A DNA stretch of 64,000 bases from a virus, in the IMG/VR virus record IMGVR_UViG_3300045988_115635, positions 1 to 64,000 of that record; one strand, given 5' to 3'. Numbering within the stretch: the first letter of the stretch is position 1; every line of letters begins with the position of its first letter. A program made the translations under genes and the position numbers. Under the pieces are notes generated by a model. That model did no database searches. It was not told the DNA's origin and was given only the letters and a program-made list of their open reading frames with translations. Below, in pieces: positions 17,479 to 27,067 of the stretch.

Positions 17479-17486
17479 CGTTCCTC

Positions 17487-17750
17487 CTAAAATTGATACA
17501 CCAAAAAAGGTTCATCGTTTTCGTTAAAGCTGTAAACACAGAAACAGCCAGTGTATATGTCAAACTCGCAAGCACAGCCATTTTCAAGACCGAACAAATC
17601 TTCAAAGGTATATTGAATAATTTGATACTGCTTATAAAAGGCGTTCCAAACATACTCTGGGCAATCCTGGGGCAATGCTTTCCAGGAACGGTATGAATCT
17701 TCAAACTTTTTAAGAACCATACGCTCGGTTTCATTCTTTGCTCTAATCAT
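17487..17750 (-). CDS. hypothetical protein (87 aa)
   Basis: ORF. Confidence 0.5.
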   Translation of the reverse strand: MIRAKNETERMVLKKFEDSYRSWKALPQDCPEYVWNAFYKQYQIIQYTFEDLFGLENGCACEFDIYTGCFCVYSFNENDEPFLVYQF

Positions 17751-17759
17751 GGTTAACTC

Positions 17760-18068
17760 CTAAATGCTCGTCTCTTTTAAAAGATTGTTCTTAAAGAAGT
17801 TGTTTTTGTAAGCCAACCAATTAGGAATAGAAACCTCTACCCAGTTGCTTACGCCTGATTTGATTTCTTCTTCACTGAACAAACGGTTCTCGTCATAGTA
17901 GGGTTCAAGTTCGGTAATAGTCGTTTGAGACTTTGGCAACCAAACAACGCCATACTCTTTGTTAGAGTAGGAGTAATCATGCGAAACCGAATACTTAACA
18001 CCAAAGGCTTTTTCAGTTTCAATAAAATCATCTTTGAGAGCGTAGAAGCTAAAATCTGAACGCTTCAT
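17760..18068 (-). CDS. hypothetical protein (102 aa)
   Basis: AAAGGAGG RBS + ATG (MKRSDFSF); the track extension to 18107 translates the promoter/RBS region. Confidence 0.55.
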   Translation of the reverse strand: MKRSDFSFYALKDDFIETEKAFGVKYSVSHDYSYSNKEYGVVWLPKSQTTITELEPYYDENRLFSEEEIKSGVSNWVEVSIPNWLAYKNNFFKNNLLKETSI

Positions 18069-18089
18069 GATATTTCCTCCTTTAAGTTG

Positions 18090-18172
18090 GTAAAACCATT
18101 GTAGCATAATTTTCTTAATTTTTGTTTTACATTATGAAAATATAAAAAATAGAGGTAGTTTTACTACCTCTA
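18090..18172 (-). promoter_or_regulatory. terminator hairpin (18143-18172) followed by the conserved promoter element (..ATGTAAAACAAAAATTAAGAAAATTATGCTACAAT)
   Basis: AGAGGTAGT-ttt-ACTACCTCT hairpin + T-run on the minus strand, then the conserved element with -10 TACAAT. Confidence 0.5.
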
Positions 18173-18910
18173 CTCATTGTCGAATCTTTCTTCAAGGTCG
18201 AATACCGTTTTGCCGTCCCTTCTAAAGGGAATATCTATTCGACTTTGTAACCCTTTTAACCTTTCCCAGTAAAAGGGGAGATATTTTCTGATAGCTCGCA
18301 ACTCTTTCAGGTTTTTGTTTCTACAACACCAACAAGAAGCACGATCTAAAACATCATATAAATCAATGCCGTTTTCATTCCAATCAAACCCATGTTCACG
18401 ACAATACTGTAAACAATCTTTTTCAGTCATGCCCCATTCAATCAAGGGATAAATCTTATTAGGTTTGATTCTATGTTGTTCGTCTGCTGCAATACCTACA
18501 TACTCCACATACTCGCCCAGGCTCTTTTGATATTTGTCTATAGCCTGGTTTTTGATGGTAGTCATCCATCTGGTATTAGCACCGCACCAATCATAGCCAT
18601 ACTTACATGTACCGTCTCTTTTATTGACTGGTTTAGCAAACATTAACATTAGAAAAGATTCTTTAGGTTCAAGTCTTACTAGTTCGGCTCCGTATTCTTT
18701 AATAATCGGTTCAGCTTTATCAACATTTCTTTTTACTGATTCAAAATTCATGCCCTCATCAAAGTTAACAACCTTAGTAAGAGGTTTGTTTTCTTCAATG
18801 AGTTTCAATACCATTGCCAAGCTATCCTTACCGCCTGACAGACTTGCAATAAATTCCATAGCACCATGTGCAAAACCTTTGCAACATGGATACCTTAATT
18901 GGCTTCCCAT
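18170..18910 (-). CDS. PAPS-reductase-family (PP-loop ATP pyrophosphatase) protein
   Basis: SLSGGKDS PP-loop motif near the N-terminus; C-terminal Cys cluster CWCC; true start may be the internal MEFIASL. Confidence 0.65.
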   Translation of the reverse strand: MGSQLRYPCCKGFAHGAMEFIASLSGGKDSLAMVLKLIEENKPLTKVVNFDEGMNFESVKRNVDKAEPIIKEYGAELVRLEPKESFLMLMFAKPVNKRDGTCKYGYDWCGANTRWMTTIKNQAIDKYQKSLGEYVEYVGIAADEQHRIKPNKIYPLIEWGMTEKDCLQYCREHGFDWNENGIDLYDVLDRASCWCCRNKNLKELRAIRKYLPFYWERLKGLQSRIDIPFRRDGKTVFDLEERFDNE

Positions 18911-19272
18911 GCCAGCGTAGAATCTACGCCAACGCTACTAGATAAGGTTTACAGTGAGTTAGCCACCCATCACACCGACCACAGTTTACTGTGGTTTCGC
19001 TACGTCCTTTCTTCTTTGCAAACTACAAAATAAAAAATGTTTATAACTATCACCCCTTACCCTCAATAATCTCATCACAAGTATCTAAGAGTTTTTCATA
19101 CCCCAGGAATTCAATAAGTTCTTTTAAACACTTGGGACAGAGCCTACCGTGAATATGAAAACATGCTTATACCCTATGTAAATAACGTTATATTTCGATT
19201 CAGGTTCGTACTCTGAATTTCCGCTATCAACTTCAAACAAATTATTACATCTGCTACATGTATATGTTTCGA

Positions 19273-19725
19273 TCATAACCTTTTCCCTAGCTTAGGTGCT
19301 GATACTTCATACCCCAAAGCGTTAGCTAATTTGTTCATTTCTAAGAAGCTAAGGTTTTTAGACTTTAGAATTACTTGAAGTTCTTCAAGTGAGATATTTA
19401 ACCTATCAGCATATTCTTTTAATGTCATACCTTCATCGTCAACAAGAAACAGTATTTGCTCTATAAAGTTTTGGGTAATTTCTTCTGCAATTTCTTTCGC
19501 AAGTTCATCAGCGTTTTGTTCTTTTGTATCAATATCAAAGGCATGTAACAAGTCTACCTTCTTAATGTCATAACAGCCATTGAAAGACACATTTAAGAAC
19601 TTCTTTATTGCAACAGCATAAGAGTGGTTCATTACAGCATAAACGGGGCGTTCACGGAAAAAGATTGCTTGTCCATCTACTGTTTTCGAACCCTCAACAA
19701 TCACGTAAACAAAAGATTCTTTCAT
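19273..19725 (-). CDS. HTH (XRE-like) DNA-binding protein
   Basis: C-terminal MTLKEYADRLNISLEELQVILKSKNLSFLEMNKLANALG. Confidence 0.55.
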   Translation of the reverse strand: MKESFVYVIVEGSKTVDGQAIFFRERPVYAVMNHSYAVAIKKFLNVSFNGCYDIKKVDLLHAFDIDTKEQNADELAKEIAEEITQNFIEQILFLVDDEGMTLKEYADRLNISLEELQVILKSKNLSFLEMNKLANALGYEVSAPKLGKRL

Positions 19726-19734
19726 GTTCGTTCC

Positions 19735-19971
19735 TTACCAAAAATCAATACCCTCATACTGATCAGCAATCATTCGTTTAACCTCTCCTGGTCCTCCAAT
19801 AGCACTGATTTCACTCCACGTAAGATCAAACGACCTTACAACTTTTTCCTCAATGTCTACAGCCCAGCCATCATCAATAACATCATACATTTCTCTGATT
19901 TCATAATGATTGACGTGTTTTAATCCATCGACTTTTACTGTGCAAATGGTCCTTAGATATTGCAATTCCAT
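19735..19971 (-). CDS. hypothetical protein (78 aa)
   Basis: ORF. Confidence 0.5.
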   Translation of the reverse strand: MELQYLRTICTVKVDGLKHVNHYEIREMYDVIDDGWAVDIEEKVVRSFDLTWSEISAIGGPGEVKRMIADQYEGIDFW

Positions 19972-19973
19972 TG

Positions 19974-20171
19974 TTATTTCTCCTTGGTAGACGTGATTAA
20001 ATAATCTTCTTTAAATTTATCAATCCATTTCCTTACTTCTTCAGTAGGAGAATTTTGCAACTTATAAATGTAGATATCAAAAGTCTTAGTATTGATGTAC
20101 AGAATAATGTCTGGTACATCGTCTGAAAGAACAATCTTATAAGACGGGTTTTCAATATCGCTTTCGTTCAT
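19974..20171 (-). CDS. hypothetical protein (65 aa)
   Basis: ORF. Confidence 0.5.
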   Translation of the reverse strand: MNESDIENPSYKIVLSDDVPDIILYINTKTFDIYIYKLQNSPTEEVRKWIDKFKEDYLITSTKEK

Positions 20172-20193
20172 TGTTCCACCTCATGTTTATAAG

Positions 20194-20406
20194 TTATTCG
20201 TTCTTGCAACCGCAATAAGGGCAACAAGAAAGATGATCTTCAAGTGTATGAAACTCTTTTCCGCAACCAGAACAGGTGAACTCATTAGCACCTCGTGCAA
20301 TGTAAGGAAAGTTCTTTTTAATGTATTCAAGGTCCTTACATCTGAAAAAGAATGGTTCATCAATAACAAGGTTCTTTTTATTAAATAATTTATTGAACAA
20401 TTTCAT
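20194..20406 (-). CDS. Cys4 zinc-ribbon mini-protein (70 aa)
   Basis: CSGCGKEF...CCPYCGC. Confidence 0.5.
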   Translation of the reverse strand: MKLFNKLFNKKNLVIDEPFFFRCKDLEYIKKNFPYIARGANEFTCSGCGKEFHTLEDHLSCCPYCGCKNE

Positions 20407-20416
20407 CGCTAACCCC

Positions 20417-20740
20417 TTAAATAATATAGTTGAAACTACCGCACGTTTCGCCTACAAGTTTTTCATCGTACTTACCGTTGCTTTCGGTTAAAGAACAAGC
20501 ACCTTTGCATTCGTCGCAAGGGTCTTTCATAAAATAAAAGCAGTTGCCGCATGTTGCTGTGTATCTGCCTTTGAATTCATCAATGATTGGAAAGACTGTG
20601 TTTCTAAGAAAGCTTATGCGATTTTCAAGTTCGCGTTCATCTACACAGTCATTAATACAAAGAGCCGAATACAGCTTGCCGCAAAGAGCATCATAGTCTT
20701 CAATGACTTTTGATCTCTCTACCATGTTATCCATAACCAA
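20417..20740 (-). CDS. Cys-rich protein (107 aa)
   Basis: multiple CxxC pairs. Confidence 0.5.
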   Translation of the reverse strand: MVMDNMVERSKVIEDYDALCGKLYSALCINDCVDERELENRISFLRNTVFPIIDEFKGRYTATCGNCFYFMKDPCDECKGACSLTESNGKYDEKLVGETCGSFNYII

Positions 20741-21134
20741 ACCTCCTAAAAAAAATAAACCTCCTATTTGCAGGAGGTTTAATCTCCATAATCAAATAAT
20801 ATTTGATTAAGGTTTTAAAATCTATATTATTTTACAAATTTACTTAATTATTTTCTTACACTATTAACCCTTAGCTTTACTCCACAATTAGGACAGCGTT
20901 TTAATTCATAGTCCTTGTTTTCAAACCAACCAGCAGAACACCTTTCGCACGAATAGCACTGATACCCTTTACTAGGCTCACCGTGCTTAATCTTTTTATA
21001 TGTCTTTTCTTTCATAGCAAAACCTTAGATAGGGAACGAATACTATTAAAGTATAGACTTATGTCAAGATCAGCAAACCTACGATGAATACCATCACTAG
21101 CAGAACGAATATAAGAACATCATCAATACCAGGC

Positions 21135-21353
21135 TTATTCATGGATACCCCTATAATGTGATGGTTCTTTTACCTCTTTTAGAAGTAATGCCCCGCAATA
21201 AGGACAATATTCATAGTCGGGGTTTATATGACTGTCACAATGAGAGCAGGTATATGAAACAGTCCAACGGTCGCCTTCAAATAAAGGTTTAGGACCATGC
21301 ACCCCATGTTGTGTGACAACTTTAGCTACTAGCGGTTCATCTTTTGAAAGCAT
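21135..21353 (-). CDS. Cys4 zinc-ribbon mini-protein (72 aa)
   Basis: CSHCDSH...CPYCG. Confidence 0.5.
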   Translation of the reverse strand: MLSKDEPLVAKVVTQHGVHGPKPLFEGDRWTVSYTCSHCDSHINPDYEYCPYCGALLLKEVKEPSHYRGIHE

Positions 21354-21373
21354 TTTCTAGCGTCCCTTCTTTT

Positions 21374-21832
21374 TTACAACATTCCAATCTTTAAGGCTTT
21401 GTTTATTATTCCGCTTTGTTCCTGGTATGTTTTATCGTCTTTTAAAAATTCTTCTGCCATGTCAACGATCTCAACATTGTTTGCCCAGTTATCATCAAAA
21501 TCATTAAACAATTCTTTGCTCTTATGTTTTCTACAATCGTATTTGCTGCAAATATAAGGGCGTACAGGATACACCTTGCATAATTTAGTATCTAAGTCCA
21601 AGAATGGACACATTACAGGTTGATAAACAGGCTGAATGCCGTTTTTGGCGATATATTGTTTAATCACCTGTATCTCAATTCTTGTTACTGGTAAGAATTC
21701 GCTACAGCATTCTCCACAGCCTTTACAGGGGTGATTATAAGCAGTTACCTCTTTTGGTATTTCAATTTTGTTTGATCTAATCATTTTTAACACCTTTGAG
21801 TTGGATATAAAATTACCCATCAATGATAACAT
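21374..21832 (-). CDS. YkgJ-family Cys-cluster (zinc/iron-chelating) protein
   Basis: HPCKGCGECCSEF...C..C..C motif. Confidence 0.5.
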   Translation of the reverse strand: MLSLMGNFISNSKVLKMIRSNKIEIPKEVTAYNHPCKGCGECCSEFLPVTRIEIQVIKQYIAKNGIQPVYQPVMCPFLDLDTKLCKVYPVRPYICSKYDCRKHKSKELFNDFDDNWANNVEIVDMAEEFLKDDKTYQEQSGIINKALKIGML

Positions 21833-21888
21833 TGCAATGGGTAGGATTAAATAATTATTTTAATTATTTTCTTACAGTTTTATTCAGA

Positions 21889-22095
21889 TTAGGGAATGGG
21901 TAACCATGCTTTAGCTTTTCTATATTGCCCTCTTTTTCCGTAACTTACGGGTACATAAAATTCTGGTAGCAGATTACCGTCTTTATCTTGGCATCTAAGA
22001 CCCACAAACGGATAACCTTTAGAACCTTTCAGCAATACAGGTGTTTTAGCTTTAGGTTGGTCCTTAGTAACTTCTTGCCATTCTAAAAATTCCAT
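21889..22095 (-). CDS. hypothetical protein (68 aa)
   Basis: ORF. Confidence 0.45.
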   Translation of the reverse strand: MEFLEWQEVTKDQPKAKTPVLLKGSKGYPFVGLRCQDKDGNLLPEFYVPVSYGKRGQYRKAKAWLPIP

Positions 22096-22385
22096 ATCTT
22101 ACGCCCACATTCACTACAGTATTTTGGAGTTTCTTTATTAGTGGTTATCATTGTGTGACCACACTCTAATTCATGTTCGTAATAGTCAACATCACTAAAT
22201 TCGATGTGATTACATGACGCTTCATAGGTGTTTCTATCATCGTGTTTGTAGATACCGTAATAGCCTTCACCCTTTTTATAAAGACAAATAGCATCAAACA
22301 TAGATTGGTAAAGACTATATTCTGGGTCGCCTGCGCCTTCTATGGCTTCAAAAAGAGAATCTTGAAGTTTGTCAAAATCAATCAT
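22083..22385 (-). CDS. zinc-ribbon protein (100 aa)
   Basis: C-terminal CSECGRK. Confidence 0.5.
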   Translation of the reverse strand: MIDFDKLQDSLFEAIEGAGDPEYSLYQSMFDAICLYKKGEGYYGIYKHDDRNTYEASCNHIEFSDVDYYEHELECGHTMITTNKETPKYCSECGRKIWNF

Positions 22386-22496
22386 TGTTGTTCCTTTTAT
22401 ATAAGAATACTTGTATAGCGAGTTTTAGCTTAAAGGGTAGAGCAGCAAGCCTATTTTTAAGACTAGGCTTACACCCTATGAATTCTTCTAAAGGAA

Positions 22497-23120
22497 TCAT
22501 CTTGTTTCACCATTTGTAATTCTTGCTCCACACTTAGGACAGAACTTCCAATTATTATCAGGCTTGTGTTCTGGGTCGTCATAATAGAGAAAATCGGAAT
22601 CAGCATCAAAACAGCCACAGCTTAAATCCCAATTAGAATAAATGCATTCGTGACTATCAGGTGTATCTTCGTATTCTTCTCTCCATACCCATTTACAAGT
22701 CTTTTCTTTAGCAAATGATTCTTGAAATGCACCGCCGCATTCTCTACAGAAAGAATCATGGTCACTTACAGGGTAGCCACACCTACCGCAATAGTATTCG
22801 CTAACTTCTTTATTTTCGTGAACCAGGTCGCCAATTTTAAGACCAACATATTCAACCTTAGGCGAATGATCTTTTGATACTTTGTTGGCTTTTTCACTGT
22901 TCGTTTCTCCTAAGTTTTGCAGCCATTCAAGAAGTCTGTTTGCTTCATCTTTGTAAACAAATGCAGGATCATTGCCATTAACTTTAACGTAAGCAGCTCC
23001 GTCACTTCGAATAACAATGCTATTGAGGTTATTTCGATCAAATACTAAGTCATAATCACCATCAAATGTGTACTCCCCTGTTTGTCTTTTTGGAACGTGA
23101 AGCCTGAAATATCTGCTCAT
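22497..23120 (-). CDS. zinc-ribbon protein (207 aa)
   Basis: CGRCGYP...CRECG and CPKCG motifs. Confidence 0.5.
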   Translation of the reverse strand: MSRYFRLHVPKRQTGEYTFDGDYDLVFDRNNLNSIVIRSDGAAYVKVNGNDPAFVYKDEANRLLEWLQNLGETNSEKANKVSKDHSPKVEYVGLKIGDLVHENKEVSEYYCGRCGYPVSDHDSFCRECGGAFQESFAKEKTCKWVWREEYEDTPDSHECIYSNWDLSCGCFDADSDFLYYDDPEHKPDNNWKFCPKCGARITNGETR

Positions 23121-23374
23121 TACTCTACCTCACAATAATCGTTATCACGCTCATTGGCTCTTGTATTCCATAGCTTTGCGGCTTCTTCTTCTGTATGTGC
23201 CGCCCACAAATTAAACTCTCCAAGTTTAAGAATACAGTCTTTCTTATGATCAACTTTTACGTCACAAAAAGCATCTTCGTCATGCAGTTCCCCTTCTTCC
23301 CAGTAGTCATCATCGGACCACTCAAATCCGATAACATTCCCACCACAAAAAGGACATGGTTTTAGTTCGTTCAT
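23120..23374 (-). CDS. Lar-family restriction-alleviation-like protein
   Basis: ELKPCPFCGG ... WNTRA signature. Confidence 0.55.
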   Translation of the reverse strand: MNELKPCPFCGGNVIGFEWSDDDYWEEGELHDEDAFCDVKVDHKKDCILKLGEFNLWAAHTEEEAAKLWNTRANERDNDYCEVE

Positions 23375-23739
23375 TATTTGTTCCTCTCACAGTCATCTAT
23401 AAAACGTCTTACTTGCTTAGCTAAAAAATTAGTTTCTCTTTCGCATTCTAATTCAGTTCTATCACAGACCCATCTATCTGCTTCATAATGACCATCCCAC
23501 GAGTGAGCCATATCAAACCCTATGCAAAGCCGACCTCTTTCTCCTTCTGGTAATTCCCCAATAAACGTAATATCTCCGTTTGTTTCAAATTCCCAGTTGT
23601 TTGCAGCTTTTTTCACTTGGTTCCAGTATTCCTTTGGAATTTCTACGTATCCACATGGGTAGCTATCAAACGAAAGACTTTTATCCAATCGTCTTATAAT
23701 GCATGTTAAGCCTTTATTCTTGTACTCTTTAACTATCAT
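23374..23739 (-). CDS. hypothetical protein (121 aa)
   Basis: ORF. Confidence 0.5.
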   Translation of the reverse strand: MIVKEYKNKGLTCIIRRLDKSLSFDSYPCGYVEIPKEYWNQVKKAANNWEFETNGDITFIGELPEGERGRLCIGFDMAHSWDGHYEADRWVCDRTELECERETNFLAKQVRRFIDDCERNK

Positions 23740-23744
23740 CTTTA

Positions 23745-24077
23745 CTACTCTCCCAAAGCTTTTCGTATTTCATTGGCTATCCATCTGGTGTCTTTTTCGT
23801 ATTCAAGTTGATCTGCTAAATTTATAAGATATTCACGGTCGCACTCGTCCGCGCGTTGGTTCCAATGGCTTTCGGCTTCTTCTCTCGAATCGTATATGAG
23901 ATTGTAGCCATCTTCGCAAGTGTAAATAGGGCAGTCATCAGATTCATGCACGACTCGGTATCCCAATCCGCTCCACGGGTTACTCTCGTATTCTTCGCCC
24001 CTGACATTTCCTTCATCGTCACATTGCACTATTTTTGACTTACAGCCGCAAAAAGGACAAGGTTTCAACTTTTTCAT
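23745..24077 (-). CDS. Lar-family restriction-alleviation-like protein (paralog)
   Basis: KLKPCPFCGC ... HWNQRA signature. Confidence 0.55.
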   Translation of the reverse strand: MKKLKPCPFCGCKSKIVQCDDEGNVRGEEYESNPWSGLGYRVVHESDDCPIYTCEDGYNLIYDSREEAESHWNQRADECDREYLINLADQLEYEKDTRWIANEIRKALGE

Positions 24078-24105
24078 TATTTCGCTCCTGGTGCTTTACT
24101 GATTT

Positions 24106-24591
24106 TTATTCCAAACAAATCCAGTTATTTCTAAACAACTTTTCTGAAGAATACGGTATTTTAACCCAACCATAATACTTTCTTTTGTATGGTCTAAATG
24201 CGTACCAAACCCAACCATTTTCTGATTTTCCACAACAAACAGAATCGTATATTGCACCGTTTATAAATTTAGTACCTTTTAATTCGTCACCTTCTCCAAT
24301 AAATACAGCGGTGAACATTCCAGCACAGTTAATATTTATATCTCTACAATTTTTCCTTGCTTCAAAAGCGTCAAAAAAATCTTCAGCGTCTTGAAAGTTT
24401 TTTGAATTAAGGTCTCCACGTTTACAAAACGAACAAGGATCATTTTTACCAAATGAACCGTTTAACATTGAGCAATTCTCACACTTTTTTGAAAACAAAT
24501 GTTTTATCTTTGAAAACAATTGAGCTGATAGCCTGTCATATAACAATTTTGCGGCTGGCATCTTGTTTTCTTTGAAGTTACGATCTAACAC
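24106..24591 (-). CDS. Cys-rich protein (161 aa)
   Basis: ORF. Confidence 0.5.
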   Translation of the reverse strand: MLDRNFKENKMPAAKLLYDRLSAQLFSKIKHLFSKKCENCSMLNGSFGKNDPCSFCKRGDLNSKNFQDAEDFFDAFEARKNCRDININCAGMFTAVFIGEGDELKGTKFINGAIYDSVCCGKSENGWVWYAFRPYKRKYYGWVKIPYSSEKLFRNNWICLE

Positions 24592-24938
24592 TGTACATCT
24601 CCTTCAAGACTGTACTCGTTTATACTGTCTCGAAGCTTTTTAAGGTCATTGGTATCCAAATATCCGATTAAATCGTATGCAAGATTTAAAAGAGAATTAT
24701 ATGCTTTTTTACCACATTCTTTAGCTGAATACCTTCCATCGTCTTTCCACTCTGACACCTGAAAAAGCGCGTACATCATGTCGCCTGCAAGCTCGGCATG
24801 GTTGTCGATTGTTTCAAGCAATAAAGACTTCATGTATTTACCCTTCAAAGATATTTCCACAAACATTTTCGATAGTATCAAACAGCAAATCTTCACCAAG
24901 TAATTGAGGGTCGTATTTACAGAAGCCAACAAGCCCAA
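24585..24938 (-). CDS. hypothetical protein (117 aa)
   Basis: ORF. Confidence 0.5.
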   Translation of the reverse strand: MGLLASVNTTLNYLVKICCLILSKMFVEISLKGKYMKSLLLETIDNHAELAGDMMYALFQVSEWKDDGRYSAKECGKKAYNSLLNLAYDLIGYLDTNDLKKLRDSINEYSLEGDVQC

Positions 24939-25077
24939 GCTTGCCGTTCACTAAGACCCTATCAGTCATGCAGTTAGGACAGTCTTTGCACAAGGTGTGC
25001 TTGCAGAAATAAACTTCACCTTCATGCTGTTCACGATCATAAACAAGAAAGTCATTAGCTGGGTTATCGCTCCACAT
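24838..25077 (-). CDS. Cys-rich mini-protein (79 aa)
   Basis: ORF. Confidence 0.45.
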   Translation of the reverse strand: MWSDNPANDFLVYDREQHEGEVYFCKHTLCKDCPNCMTDRVLVNGKLGLVGFCKYDPQLLGEDLLFDTIENVCGNIFEG

Positions 25078-25124
25078 TGTTTTTACCTCCTTTAGAACCT
25101 CAATTATCTATTGAGGATTTTTTC

Positions 25125-25160
25125 TCAATAAATTTATTGAGATAGAACAACTGTTCGTGT
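25125..25160. promoter_or_regulatory. palindrome CTCAATAAATTTATTGAG + Cheo-box-like AGAACAACTGTTCG (25145-25156)
   Basis: perfect 18-bp palindrome abutting the GAAC-N4-GTTC dyad. Confidence 0.5.
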
Positions 25161-25234
25161 TTGAGTTGGTTTTTTCTTACACAACTATACTAAGTTATAG
25201 GGGGTAAAATGTAAAGTAAGAATTAAGATAATTA

Positions 25235-25420
25235 TTAAGATTTAACACCTTGGATAACGTGTCTACCACAGAAAGCGCAATAATTAGGCTTTACAAACTC
25301 ATAAGAATCGCAACCACATTCGCTGCATCTAAATACGCAAATCTTATACCCGTTTTTAAGTTCCTCGTGGTTAATAAGTTCAAGGTTTGTTTCTTGTTCC
25401 TGATAAGGTTTATCGTTCAT
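25235..25420 (-). CDS. Cys4 zinc-ribbon mini-protein (61 aa)
   Basis: CSECGCD...CAFCG. Confidence 0.45.
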   Translation of the reverse strand: MNDKPYQEQETNLELINHEELKNGYKICVFRCSECGCDSYEFVKPNYCAFCGRHVIQGVKS

Positions 25421-25599
25421 TTTTGTTCCTTACGCGCTAGTGATGCCTTGTATATCCCAAAGTGTTTATCAGATTGTTTTATAAGAGGTTCATACTCTTT
25501 ATAGTATTTGGGCTTATTAGTTTGCTTATACTTGCCCAGGCTTTCCATAGCTTGCTTGCGTAAGCTGCGAGCCAATTCCTTATGTTCGATATAGTTCAT
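25417..25599 (-). CDS. hypothetical protein (60 aa)
   Basis: ORF. Confidence 0.4.
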   Translation of the reverse strand: MNYIEHKELARSLRKQAMESLGKYKQTNKPKYYKEYEPLIKQSDKHFGIYKASLARKEQK

Positions 25600-25750
25600 T
25601 TTTTAACTCTATTGCGATTACCAATTTTGATGATTTATAATCAAGATGCTTTTGTTACTCGTATTCCTTCGATTACGTTTTCCTTAGACCGAACCTCGTA
25701 ATAAAAGCACCCCTTCTTTTAAGAGCGTCAGTTAAGACGCTCTTATTTTT

Positions 25751-26188
25751 TTATTCTGCCTTTTGCATGCCCAACAGCATTAGCTGTCTAACATGCTCTA
25801 AGTCTTTTTCGTATTCAATTCTTACGATCTTCTTTGATGGTATACCCTTCTTCGATTTAATGAGCTTATTCACGTTAGTGCGGTAGCAGCCTGTTAAATT
25901 ACAAAATTGTTTTACTGTCTCAAACCAGACAATAGACCCATCTTCATAATGGGTAATAATGGGCTTGTTGGTCCTATCAGTGAAGTCATAGTTACCTGTA
26001 TAGTCTGATTGTCTTAAATAGAGATATTCGCCGTCTCCATTGCGTTTGTTCCTTACATGTTCTTGTATTTGTTTTTCGCTAAGACCAGAAAACTCTTTAA
26101 CCTGATCCATATAAGTGAATATCTGTTCTATCTCACCTGTGTACTTGCTTATGACAAGTATTGGCTTGTTCATCTTCTTCATTCTCAA
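25751..26188 (-). CDS. hypothetical protein (145 aa)
   Basis: ORF. Confidence 0.5.
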   Translation of the reverse strand: MRMKKMNKPILVISKYTGEIEQIFTYMDQVKEFSGLSEKQIQEHVRNKRNGDGEYLYLRQSDYTGNYDFTDRTNKPIITHYEDGSIVWFETVKQFCNLTGCYRTNVNKLIKSKKGIPSKKIVRIEYEKDLEHVRQLMLLGMQKAE

Positions 26189-26447
26189 TCAAAAACACCT
26201 TCATTAAATAATCTACCTCGCGCTTCTTCTTAGTAATAGCTTCTGTTTGGAAATAAGCAGCAGACAAGAATACTGTGAGCGCGATGAAACCCAACACATA
26301 AATAATATAGTGCATATATTGAGTAATAGAGAAGATTAAAAATAAGAAAGATAAAAGCGTTAGTACGCTAAAGAGCCTAAAGGCTCGCTGGTTGTTTTTG
26401 ATTGATTGGAGCTTGTTATAAATAAGTCTTTCCTGGCGTGCTTTCAT
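26133..26447 (-). CDS. membrane protein (104 aa)
   Basis: two hydrophobic segments; AAAGGAGG RBS. Confidence 0.5.
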   Translation of the reverse strand: MKARQERLIYNKLQSIKNNQRAFRLFSVLTLLSFLFLIFSITQYMHYIIYVLGFIALTVFLSAAYFQTEAITKKKREVDYLMKVFLIENEEDEQANTCHKQVHR

Positions 26448-26600
26448 GATATTCCTCCTTTAAGTTGGTATAAGTCAGTATATCACCTTTATCTTACTTT
26501 TTGTTTTACATTCTCAATTATTTTATTGAACTAGAACAAATGTTCGTTCTCAATTAATTTATTGAGAATTTTGTTCTTAATACTTTTATTGAGGTTTATT
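26448..26600 (-). promoter_or_regulatory. conserved promoter element (GAGAATGTAAAACAAAAAGTAAG..TGATATACT) plus upstream Cheo-box-like AGAACAAATGTTCG (26534-26545) and TTATTGAG repeats
   Basis: same architecture as the 47281-47380 region. Confidence 0.5.
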
Positions 26601-26625
26601 TCAATATGTTTTATTGAGATAAAGC

Positions 26626-26671
26626 AAAAAAAAATACCCTGGTAAGGAAACGAACCAAAACTTACCAGGGT
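26626..26671 (-). terminator. rho-independent terminator (minus strand)
   Basis: ACCCTGGTAAG...CTTACCAGGGT 11-bp stem, U-run on the minus strand. Confidence 0.75.
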
Positions 26672-26788
26672 TATGCATCATAAAGGCGCTTAGAAAATGA
26701 TGCGAAAAGATTGTATACCATAAAACAGAATCGCGCCAATAGGCACCCTACCTATTGACGCTTTCTTGAAATGGTTCTGAAGTAATTC

Positions 26789-27067
26789 CTATTTTAGATC
26801 ATCTTCAAAAGGATTGAAAGAGGATTTATCATACATATTTAATAATTCAGCGATTGATTCAGCAGCAGCATCAAGAACTTCTTCTTTAACTTGTTCTATC
26901 TGTTGATCATCTAACTTGTTTAACTCTTTACAGTCCCTTGTGAAGTCGATACCTATATTCAATTCACAATGAAAATGCGCTTCACCATCTTTAGATACAA
27001 ACTTGCCGTTATATTTGGCTGGTCCTTTGATTTTGATGAATTGCTTTAAATCTTTCTTATCAATCAT
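26789..27067 (-). CDS. hypothetical protein (92 aa)
   Basis: ORF. Confidence 0.5.
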   Translation of the reverse strand: MIDKKDLKQFIKIKGPAKYNGKFVSKDGEAHFHCELNIGIDFTRDCKELNKLDDQQIEQVKEEVLDAAAESIAELLNMYDKSSFNPFEDDLK

